A stretch of 62,527 nt of DNA, filler included, from Basidioascus undulatus (lineage: Eukaryota), in assembly GCA_000826855.1 (NCBI GenBank). It is 5 parts of 5 records of this genome, joined end to end, with 100 filler letters (N's around TTAATTAATTAA, not from the genome) between each part and the next. Parts side by side here need not be neighbours in the genome. Positions count along the whole stretch, not along the records: positions 25,235 to 54,118 come from JTLS01000141.1; positions 54,219 to 62,527 come from JTLS01001410.1; 3 more parts are not named here. The stretch is one strand, 5' to 3'. Of this stretch, positions 53,062 to 62,527 are shown piece after piece. Below the pieces are notes generated by a model. The model was not told the origin of the DNA. It saw nothing but the letters and a program-made list of their open reading frames with translations, and ran no database searches. How positions within the stretch are numbered: position 1 is the first letter of the stretch; every line of letters begins with the position of its first letter. The translations under genes were made by a program, and so were the position numbers.

Positions 53062-53921
53062 TCAGGTTACGCACACATTTGAGCCCTGTCGGTCCCATAT
53101 TCTTCCCGGGGAATTTCTCCTGATGTAGAATGGACTAAATGGAACGAAGAAGGCCTCCTGTAGAGGTTTAAGCTGCCCGGTGCGTTGGGCGTCCACGACG
53201 AAGGCCGACAAACGGCGGTCAAGGTCGAGACAAGTGAGGGTCGTCAGGATGTTTTCACTGTCGAGGCGAGGTAAGAGAAGCTTGTAAGAATGGGAAACAG
53301 TGACCCATAGGGACATACATGACCTCGAGGGCCGCGAGGCAGTCGAGGGAATGCTCGTTCGAGTGGTGTCCCGTTGCTGAAAATCGTCGGCCGTCAACGC
53401 TTCTTCTTGGTGTGCTAAACACATGAACATGAACACTTACAAACACTTTCTCCAGGCGCCTAGTGATTCCTGAGGGCGACGCGACGAACGAGGAAATCCG
53501 CGACGGGGAACAGTTCCCCGCGCCGGGCCTCAGGTGAAGCCAGGCGCCTCTCCGTCGCGATGAAGTCTTGCGTCAACAGGGGCTGTGTATTAATTGTCGT
53601 GATTATGCATACATGAGATATCGAAAGGTAAGGTGACCTGAAACATGTACTGAGCCGGGTACCGGAAGTCGGGAAGACGGGCCAATGCCTGCTGAGCTAC
53701 CCGGAGCAGACATCGACCCTCCATGTCCCCTCTCGTCGTGAATTGGCGCCACGTCTCTTTCTGTACAGAATTGTCCTTACCAGCCATCGTAGCCCTTCCA
53801 ACGCATTGGCAACTTCCCAGCAGAGTTCCGTGTCCCTCTCCAACGCTACCAAAGCTTCCTCGCCCCCGTGCGAACACGCGCGCTTTAATTTGCGAAACGC
53901 GTCACCAGGTCGGCTGTACAC
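53062..53921 (-). pseudogene. Degenerate F-box/LRR-like coding relic
   Basis: Fragmented frames with LRWLVRTILYR, ALARLPDF, LAALEVMYV, LTTLTCLDLD; multiple stops and frameshifts. Confidence 0.3.
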
Positions 53922-54118
53922 AAGGTGCTGCTCTTGGAGCAGACATAGTATCTCGAGGAATGCCGCACTGGGGCTCAGAGTCGTATCGTGAGTTTGAAGG
54001 ACATCATCGATAGCCGAGCTCAGCGCCTCGGGATCGCGTCGAGGTCGTCGATCACCTGGGTAGTGTGTGAATTCGATACCTATAAATAAATGATTGCCTC
54101 AGGAACACGAACTAGTTG

Positions 54119-54218
54119 NNNNNNNNNNNNNNNNNNNNNNNNNNNNNNNNNNNNNNNNNNNNTTAATTAATTAANNNNNNNNNNNNNNNNNNNNNNNNNN
54201 NNNNNNNNNNNNNNNNNN
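54119..54218. other. Artificial contig linker
   Basis: N44-TTAATTAATTAA-N44. Confidence 0.99.
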
Positions 54219-55513
54219 TGTGTCAACGCGTTCTTGAGCGTCCAATTTAGCATTCAGTGGGAGTGGGAGAGTTGAGGAAGCGGGAGTGGGAAGGTTGAGG
54301 TGGGAAGGTTGAGGTAGGAAGATTGATGGAGAAGCGCTCACCCTGCTCCTTGACGTAAGCGTACACGTCGTCGTGCCCCGCAGCGACGTACGGCTCTCCG
54401 TCGTGCGCGACAAAGTCGATCTGGTGCTTGTCGAGGAAGGCCTGATCGACGACCCACGGCGCGTCCTCGACGACCTCGTCGACCCAGCGGCAGTGGCGCA
54501 CGCCCTCGGCGCGCTCCCAGTCGGAGAGCACGGGGATCGCCTTGTGCTGCGCGCAGAGCGCCGCGGAGCACACGCCCACGAGGAGGTGCACGGAGGGAAA
54601 GGACAGCTTTGCCTGCCGCAGCTGGAGAGCGTGCCCGAAGTGAAAGATGTCGTATACACCTGGTTGTCCACCGCGCGAGATGAGATGACCAGTTCGCAAG
54701 ACGCCACAAGACGAGATGGAACGCAACGCAACGCACCATCCGCATAAACCCTGACCGGCCTGTCCTGCGGTATGTCCCGCTTCAAGAACCCCTTCACATA
54801 CGCCTGGATCTCCTCCGCGCTCCAGGAGCTCGTCGAGCGATCCTCCTGGCCGGGCTTGGGGCGCCCGCCGACCAGCCGTTGCCGCTGGGCGTCGTCCGTA
54901 TCGCTGCTGCTGCCCGCGGCGGGCGGCGCGGCGGAGGAGGGGAGGACACCGGCGTCGACGTTGATCGTCGCGGAGCTCTCGACGTCGCCGTCATACGTCG
55001 GCGAGTCGACGCCGCTGTCCTCGGCCGCCTGCGCGAGCCGGCGCGCCGCCGGCACCGGCGTCGCGGTCGTGGAGGGCGTCGGGTTCGTCAGGGACACTTT
55101 GGGCGAGACGGAGCGCTTGAGATGGGATGGGGCGTGGTGCGGTTGGCGGGGGATGGGGGCGGCGATGCTGGAGGAGGAGCGCATGGGTCAATATGGAATG
55201 CATCTGGTTGTTGCGGCTGGGAGAAGCGTCCAAGTCCCCGCGAGCTCTTCCGACCCAGTGTCCCAGCTGAAGACCCCTGAGACCGACAGACTAACAAAAC
55301 GAGATGCTCACTTTGCAGTCCGCCCATCCTCGCTGAGCTCATCAAAGTTGTCCTCCTCGCTCCCGCTGAAAGCAAAGCAAAGCGAAGGCGGTCAGCTTCC
55401 CCGGTGTGTCGCAGCACCGACAGCAGAGAAGGCACACACTCCCGCGAGCTGCTCGTCATGAGCGCGTCAGGCGCGCGCTTTCCGCGGCGCAGGGGCTTCG
55501 TGCTGGTCGTCAT
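54219..55513 (-). CDS. PCT1: Choline-phosphate cytidylyltransferase, 3'-partial
   Basis: PQDRPVRVYADG|VYDIFHFGHALQLRQAK (HxGH motif), ERAEGVRHCRWVDEVV..APW, IDFVAHD..PY...DDVYAYVK. Cut by the contig edge within an intron. Confidence 0.92.
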
Positions 55514-56926
55514 TGTCGATGAAAGCGTCGACAGACAGAACGGAGACGAAGATGGGCGGCGTCGGGAGATGGAAATGGAAAAGCGGCGAACGGGTTTACG
55601 TTGAAGGGCAACAAGCAAATGCACGTGCGGGAGCTTCCTCAGAGGCGGCTGGCTGGCACGCTTGGCTCGCCCGCCCGCCCACGCACGCATCGTCTCACTC
55701 TTCACATCGTTGCAGTCTCATCGGTTTTCATTCACATTCGATTGGAACAGCTCACCATGGTCACCCAAGACGCACCGCTCGAATCCGTTCTCGCTGACAT
55801 GTCCGTCCTTCTGTTCTGACTTTGACCCTCTTCAACGCCCCGCGCTGCCGCCAGAGATTAAACGCCGATCCGGGCTACACTTGCTCCAACGTCGAAAGCT
55901 CATTACCCATCCCCAACTCGTCCCACTCGCAGGGCCGCACAGCCAGACGTCAACGGCCTGCTCGTACTCGACAACCTCGACCTCTGCGTTAGATGTCCGT
56001 CGTCCCCTCCTCCCCTTCACGCTCGACTGGCTTCCGAATCGTTCGGCCGCGCTGAACGTTCTCCTCGCCTTCGACCCACAGCTCGGGGGATCTTGTCTGA
56101 AGCGGACGCGGGCACCGTCGCGGACCTCGCTGGGAGGGTGTGCAAGCGCCCCGGCGAGGTCGTGCGCGTTCCGTTTGAAAAGGGGTGCGTTCTGGAGTGG
56201 CCCTGTACGACGGTGAATCAGCTGACGGCTTGACGACTCCCTCAGATCTTTGTTGCTGCATAGGACGGATAGGTTGACGGTCGCGGTGCTCAAGGGAATG
56301 GATGCGAATGCGCAGGACGCAGCTGATGCATGATATACCTTGACCTCGCGGCTTTGGCTGGCTGATGAGAACGTGCTTGTTGGCGGTTCGTGAAACCGTG
56401 AGTGCTCCCTCGGTGAATGTGCACCCGTGCGCAAGAGTACGGGCGGCCTCGAGGACTGACATTCGATACTTCTCAAATCCACGGCTTGCCTATCCCTCAC
56501 ATTTCGGCTTCAATTGTACTGGGAAGACTGAGCTCGCCCTTTTTTGCTCGCAACCTTACTGGTGTATGAAGCAACGCAATCACTCATACCAGACAGCCGA
56601 ATTCTTTCGGTTCTTATTCCACCATGCAATTAGCTGAAAATTCAGTCATCTCAGCTCACACCCTCATCCACACACACCACAATCATGCATCATGTTTCCC
56701 CACTCACTTGCACACCAGGGACATGCTGCAACTGTCTGGCCCCATCCAAGGCAGTAGTACTTCATTCAACACCACAGACAAGCCTCATATTGTTTGCCAC
56801 AATCCTCCGTGGCCTGAATCAAAAAGATGTACTTTGTGAGCTGGCTTGCCTGGCACATGAAGACTTGTAGCTGAACATGGAAGTGCAGCCACATCTTAAT
56901 TGATAAATCACTTCAGCTGAGCAAGG

Positions 56927-57111
56927 CGTCTACCAGGTGTCTGCAGCCATAGACAGGCAGTGTCTACAAGGTGTCTATGGTAGACAGAGGGTGTCTACAG
57001 CATGTGAACCATAGAGAGGCAGTGTCTGCAGAGTGTCTATGATAGACAGGCAGTGTCTACAGGGTGTCGGTGGTAGACAGTGGGTATCTACAGGGTGTCT
57101 ATGAAAGACAG
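56927..57111. repeat. Tandem array of about 30 bp (GTGTCTACAGGGTGTCTATGGTAGACAGGCA-like)
   Basis: Repeated GTGTCTA and TAGACAG motifs; units contain the inverted repeat TGTCTA-N3-TAGACA. Confidence 0.85.
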
Positions 57112-57250
57112 AAGGCATCCACTCAAACAGGCAATGCCTGTGTGCACAATCACCTCCCCAAGCCAGCACAACCAGGCTAGGCTGGCTCACCACTGCTGCT
57201 GCTGTAGATCACAATGCCTTGAGAATGTCAGAGTTAAAGAGTGGGCTGTA

Positions 57251-57480
57251 CCAGAAGGCATTCAGTCATAATGACAATCAGCAGGCATGCTCTCAGGATG
57301 ACAACCAGATGGCAGTCTGTCATTCTGACAATTCCAGTTCACTTTGTCAGGATGACAACCAGACAGCATTCTGTCATTTGTACAATTACAGTCCACTTTG
57401 TAAGGACAATCAGAAGGCATTCATTCAGTCAAAATGACAACCAGGAATCCTTTAGTCAGAATGACAACCAGAAGGTGGCA
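57251..57480. repeat. Tandem array of about 27 bp (CCAGAAGGCATTCTGTCAGGATGACAA-like)
   Basis: About eight degenerate units, most with the palindrome GTCA-N3-TGAC. Confidence 0.85.
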
Positions 57481-58176
57481 CGGGACGCTTTACCAGCGGA
57501 CTCGCAGGGAGGAAGTAAATCCACCGCTTCGTCGACTTGTGCGGGATGTCTATAAATATTTCTTTATGGCCTGTACTGCACTGGGGTTGGGAGGAGGAAT
57601 ATTGAGCGGCCACCGTGACCCTGTAACATTTGGGCCTACGCCTTCTTTTCCTCTGGTTTTTTCCCGACCGTTTCCATCGATACGATCCGACCAACAGCGG
57701 TATAGCCAGAAAATTCGAGCTCATGCATGTTCCTCTTGTGAAAAATTGATGAAACTATCAAGCGGACCAAAGCTGTTGGGAGGAGAGAACGTCGTGCGTG
57801 GCCGGTACGTACTTTTCAGGGCTTGCGTGGTGCCCTGAAAGTCGACAATGGCCCGCCTTGGCCGGGATGACTGGCAGAAGTTTCACAGAATCCTGACGGC
57901 AAATGATGACGACAGTTTCCTTGACGCTGTGCAGGCGCACCTCTCGTCCTTCGTAACAATCCAGGATGTGCGCGTCAGGATGCGACTGCGGCGAGTGGAG
58001 CTGAGATACCGCCTTGCACCCCGGCCCTGGCGCCTTAAATAAAGCTCGATACTCGCCACGCTCACCTTTGCACGCACATTCATCCACCGCCTCTTTCTTA
58101 CGCCTCCTCACGACCCCCACGACCAAGCCGCCTTCTCCTCAACCCTTGCGCCACCCGCACACACTCCGCCTCTGCC

Positions 58177-58561
58177 ATGGCCTCTCAAGCTCCCATGCAA
58201 GCAGTGAACGACACGCTCGAGAAGCCGCGCCAGGCGGTCGACCAGGTTGGCGGGGCGGTGCAGGGCGTTGCAGACGGGGTGACGAACGTTGCTGGAGGAG
58301 GGGATGATGACGACGACAGCAACAACGCCGTTCGGTTGCGGCTGGATCTGAACCTGGACGTTTACGTGCGCCGTCTTCTTTCTTCCCTTCCACTGCCGCC
58401 TCGCAGGTCGGGCTAAAACGAGAGAGGTTGGGTGGACAGGTCAAACTCGAGCTAGAGGCTAAGGTGCACGGTGACCTGACGCTCTCCTTGCTGTATGTGC
58501 TCTCTGAGTCTCCGCCGAGAGCACGCGTTGGGCTGATAGCTGATTAGTGCCTAGGAAATAG
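58177..58561 (+). CDS. Small conserved fungal protein (LRLDLNLD...HGDLTLSLL family)
   Basis: MASQAPMQAVNDTL...AVRLRLDLNLDVY|VKLELEAKVHGDLTLSLL|K*; introns about 58366-58439 and 58493-58554; TATA-like TTAAATAAA near 58034. Confidence 0.85.
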
Positions 58562-59009
58562 TACATAGCCGACCTGCTGCCAACCTGGAGCACTTTTACT
58601 TTCTTGATACCCAAGGTATGCACTTTGCTTTGCAACCCTCCACCCTCGGTATGGGAACTGGAAGAACCTTTACCGGCCACGTAGATTTCTTCGCGACATC
58701 GTCAGTCGCACTGCTCCTTCTGCGCCCGCCCCGCTCTGCACTTACACTCCTCTCTTACACAGTGAACACACTTCTCTTGATACATTTTCACTCTGCTAGT
58801 TTCGGTCACGACACCGCCTGCATCAATCCCGTACTTTATACTCGCACCGCAATGCACATGTTGAACGCCTCGTGCTGCCCTTGACCACCTGTGCAGCCTT
58901 AAAATGCGTCGCCCAGACCCTTGTCTGGATGCTTGCTCCTTTTAGCAAAAAACACAGTCAGAACTGTCAAGTGGTTCCCCAAACATCTGAGGGATGACGT
59001 AGCGTCGCC

Positions 59010-59961
59010 CAGACCTGCCGCCGCCTCTATCCAATCGCCACCGAGTACATCTTCAGGTGGATTGACTTGTTAACGTTGCCGCTGGTGTCACCAAGCTGTG
59101 CAAGTACTCGACAGACAGCCCGATCTCGCTGCCCACGTCCGGGTTCTGTATCTCGATCTTTCCGGGTGCGTGCACAGCGACATCGTTGTGCGCAACGCAG
59201 CCAGCCTTATTCTCTCATTCAAGGACCTTACAGATCTCCATCTGAAAGGCGACTTAGATGATGCGGAAGTTCGGCTGGACTGGAGACTATCAGCCATCTG
59301 GTGAGCTGTGGAAGCTGCGTATGCGTGCTACCAGCTCGAGACTTTGTCACTCGACCTTGGGGATCTCTCGAACAGCGCTAAAGGTCATCTCACGTCGTTG
59401 TTTCCCATTGCCGTGAGCGCTGCCTGTCTCTTGTCCTTGCGGGATCTGCAATGCTCGAGCATGGCATCCCTTTGTTCACGCCGATCGTGCATAACTTGAT
59501 TGTGGCTTGCTCAGAGCTTCGTACCCTTCAGCTTAGAACGAAGGATGGTATGTGTTCGGTGCCTGCCCCTTACTCATCCCAGGGGCCGCGCCGCACCTTG
59601 AAGCCGTTGTTTTCGACAACTGCCCGGCCAGCCGCTCCCTGGCATCTTTCCTTGAGCTGCACCCAAAGATCTCGATTGGGTCGAGGATTGGCCATCGGCT
59701 GTTTCTGTGCGGCTGCTTACGATCTTGCAGGCGTCTGCGGCGGTCGTTCTGTTAGTGTTCAGTGCCTCTCCGCCCCCGCTGCTGGTCAAACTCATCACTT
59801 GGCCGACTAGACTTCAATGGTCAAATTTTCTCAGGAGCCTAACCACTACGCTCGAGCATGTGACAATGGGGCACGTCAATAATGTGGACGTCACTATTGA
59901 CTTTCTTGATCACATCTCAGACCAACTCCCCCAGCTACGTTTTGGCAGTGACAGGCTTTGA
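59010..59961 (+). pseudogene. F-box/LRR-like pseudogene, copy 1
   Basis: CRRLYPIATEYIFRWIDL (frameshift) QVLDRQPDLAAHVRVLYLDLSGC...LTDLHLKG...TGA...LETLSLD...CSELRTLQL...LEAVVFDNCP. Confidence 0.6.
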
Positions 59962-60989
59962 TCTTGTGTAGAGTCACATTCAGGTACTATGACTTTGAGT
60001 GCGGGTCGGTTTTCTGACCCGTCACTGCTGTACTGCGTCTCCCCCTAGAATGCGGCGGCTTGGCTCACCCCCAGAGGCTTTCCATCTCTTAATCAAAGCA
60101 TTTCGACCCAGGACAGTGCCCGCTTAATCTCTTCAGCCTGTCCAAAGCTCACATACTGCCGCACCGCCGCTTCGTTTTACGTCCAGCGCGACAGGCATGT
60201 TCGGGTAGTTGACTGGTAGAGGAGGGGGAATGGTGCCTTTGGTAGAGGTGGATGATGAAGGAGTGCAGGCAAGTTAAGTTGTGCTTTTTACCCATAGACA
60301 AGTCGAGGGCACTGTCATGCGCGTGCGTAGGAGCAATCGCTCAAAGTAGCTACGAAGTGTGTCCAAGTACACCTTGAAGTTGGAACGTGACCTGTTCGGC
60401 CACACTATCTGGAAGATATCTGAGGTATATTCTCTCCTGTAAAGCATTTTTGTGCTTCCGAAACCGACATGCCGTATCACAAAACTGTCGGCTGACATGG
60501 GCGGGTTCTCCCAGTTTACTGATTCCTGCATTTCAAGTATGTAAAACGAGCTTTGCAAGATCTAGGTTTTTGACAAGTGCTCTTTAAGAAAGTGAATCCT
60601 TCAGATACCCCATTTCTGACCTCCTTGCCAAAAACATCATCTCGCTGGTGATTGCTGCGCAACACTTTTTGATGTTCTTAGAGTCTCCCATAGGCCTTTT
60701 CCCTCAACCCAAGCATACAATGCCCCGCCCATTTCTTCCTGAATATCAAGCAAGTTTCACCGCCATGTTGTTGGAACTGCAGGAGGAACCTTTCGGCCGA
60801 CAGGGCCAGCTTGAATCCCGACGTTGATTTGTAGCCCCGATGGTGGCTGTGTCGAGGAGTGGAACGAGCGCGGAACGAGCGAACAAACCAAAAGGAACGA
60901 CGCGGGCTCCGTTGCTCCCTGCCCGCATCCCCCGATGTGACTACCACCCAGTCGACAAAATACTTCAAGCGTACTCCCAGCGCCATTTC

Positions 60990-61576
60990 TTACCGCCTTC
61001 GCGATGTCTCCTATTTCCCGGACGAGACGCTCTCGGCGATTTCGGGTTCAACCTGCCGGCGTCCACGCTTCGCAGCGCCGCCTTGCCGCCTTTATCCACT
61101 CGCTAGCCGGCAGCTCTCCAGGTGGATAGACCTTGAAGGTATCGATGGCGCGTCTTGTGCTGCCGTCCTCAGCACGCTCGTTCACGTATTCGACGTACGG
61201 CAGAGTCTTGCCGCCCACGTTCGGGCTCTCAATCTGGATTTGACCAGGTGCCTGCAAAGCGGCTCTTTATGTAGCACGCAGTCAGCTTCCTCGGCTCTTG
61301 CACCTCCCTCAATCTTTTCACCTTGAAGGACAACTTGAGCGATGTGGACCTTACTCAGGAGACTATCAGCCGCGTCTTGACGTCCTTGCCGCAGCTTTCA
61401 TGCGCGACCAGTTTAAGGCTCTGCGAGCTCATGGACAATGGTCTTCTGTAGCTATTGCCGGGTGCTCCTGCGAGTCTGAAGGACGCGACCCCCTCCTTCG
61501 CTGCAACGCTTCCGGATCGGAGGGCTCGGCGCTGTTTCACCCGAGCTCCTTGGGTTCTCACATGTACGTCCGATAG
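60990..61576 (+). pseudogene. F-box/LRR-like pseudogene, copy 2
   Basis: FPDETLSAI (F-box-like)...CRLYPLASRQLSRWIDL...VFDVRQSLAAHVRALNLDLTRC...(frameshift) HLEGQLE; collinear paralogue of copy 1. Confidence 0.6.
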
Positions 61577-62527
61577 ATATCGTAAGATATGACAGTCTGA
61601 AAGGCAAGCTTCAGTGTCAGCGACGCTGGTTCCCCTTGAAGGGCCGGTTCTGCTCACCGAGACGCCAACCAGCACTGCACTGATGGCAGAGGTGCAACTC
61701 TGCACAAGCGGACGGACTCGTCAGTTTGTACGTATTGCATTTGCCCGAGTCAAATATTACCATGAAAATCTACAGGGATACCAACGTTAGCAAACGATGA
61801 ACGCAAGTTCAACAGTTTCTCTGCTCACCAACAACAGAACTGCGACGGAGCCGCCTTTCCCGAGCAAGGCGTTTGCCGCTGGGTAGTTGGACGTGAGTCT
61901 CGGAGACAAAGCGCGGCTAAAATGATCCGCTTACCATACGGCAACACGAGGCCGGCGCTGACCTCGGCGGAAGTCATGCGACGGCCGAAGGTTGGGAACG
62001 ACGGTGAGGCCTCGAGAGCGAGGGCAACAAGGCCCATGGTGGTCGCAAGAGCCTGTGGAAAGTTTGTTTAGTGCTATTCAAGGAAGAAGGTGTCATGGCA
62101 CTCACGTAAGGAACGCTGTACCACGACAGTCCGCCTGAAGCCTCGGATCAGCACTTGGACTGAGATCGCAGTTCACGATTCGCACCAAGGATGTAGCCAG
62201 GGACAGCAGCTGCGACGGTTCGGGAAACATCAGTTCAAAGCAAATGTTTTATACGTTTCAGTTTCTGGGCTTACCCGCAGGGTCCGCGGCAATACCCTTT
62301 TGGCTGTTGGCATTGCCCAGGAGTCATGAGCATTGTATCCAATTCCGTCGCGATGGGAGAACTTACTGGAAGCTGTTGTCCAAGAACACAACACCTGTTT
62401 GGGTAGAGGTAGACCTGTGTGAGCTAGGTTTATGCACAATGATAACAATCGCTTACCAGTGTACCTGAACGTCGGGCGTCAGCATCTGTTCTGACTTGGA
62501 TCTACCCCGTTAGACAACCGGGACTTC

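Larger units (their letters stand above)
56625..57480. mobile_element. CpG-depleted repetitive block, probable transposon remnant or terminus
   Basis: I count only 3 CpG in 56641-57480 against abundant CpG in the flanks; TG/CA-rich; contains two tandem arrays; no transposase ORF seen. Confidence 0.55.

Noticed and set aside
55832..56500. 222-aa minus-strand ORF upstream of PCT1
   Set aside because: No ATG-led structure or domain recognised; insufficient support.
56927..57480. CRISPR-like array
   Set aside because: Eukaryotic context, degenerate tandem units without unique spacers, and no cas genes.

Overview
Eukaryotic (fungal) genomic DNA. It is GC-rich and intron-dense, with short GT(G/C/A)CGT...YAG introns typical of a basidiomycete; the taxon is inferred from splice style and protein sequences. 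The window is five contigs joined by artificial 100-bp linkers (N44-TTAATTAATTAA-N44), so adjacency across linkers is meaningless. Recognisable spliced genes: a zf-4CXXC_R1 (CDCA7-like) zinc-finger protein, primase large subunit PRI2, sterol C-22 desaturase ERG5/CYP61, BET1-like SNARE, mitochondrial ribosomal MRPL51/mL43, cystathionine gamma-synthase STR2, PrxQ/DOT5 peroxiredoxin, DPH1, MET17, NPC1-like NCR1 and partial PCT1, plus several conserved or orphan hypothetical genes. Most notable items missed by the ORF track: (i) a signal-peptide-bearing 8-9-Cys peptide gene that starts at CTG, with no in-frame ATG; (ii) a neighbouring secreted-protein gene with intact introns but two in-frame TAGs; (iii) a SMYD-like gene with an in-frame TGA and no visible SET catalytic core; (iv) extreme micro-exons (3 nt in MET17; 7 and 13 nt building the DOT5 active site); (v) GC-AG introns; (vi) a spliced MYND-finger gene; (vii) a CpG-depleted block carrying two palindromic tandem arrays; (viii) a decaying F-box/LRR-like family. 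I found no tRNA, rRNA, CRISPR array or intact transposase, and I cannot claim a confirmed novel multi-gene system. Exon boundaries were read by eye.
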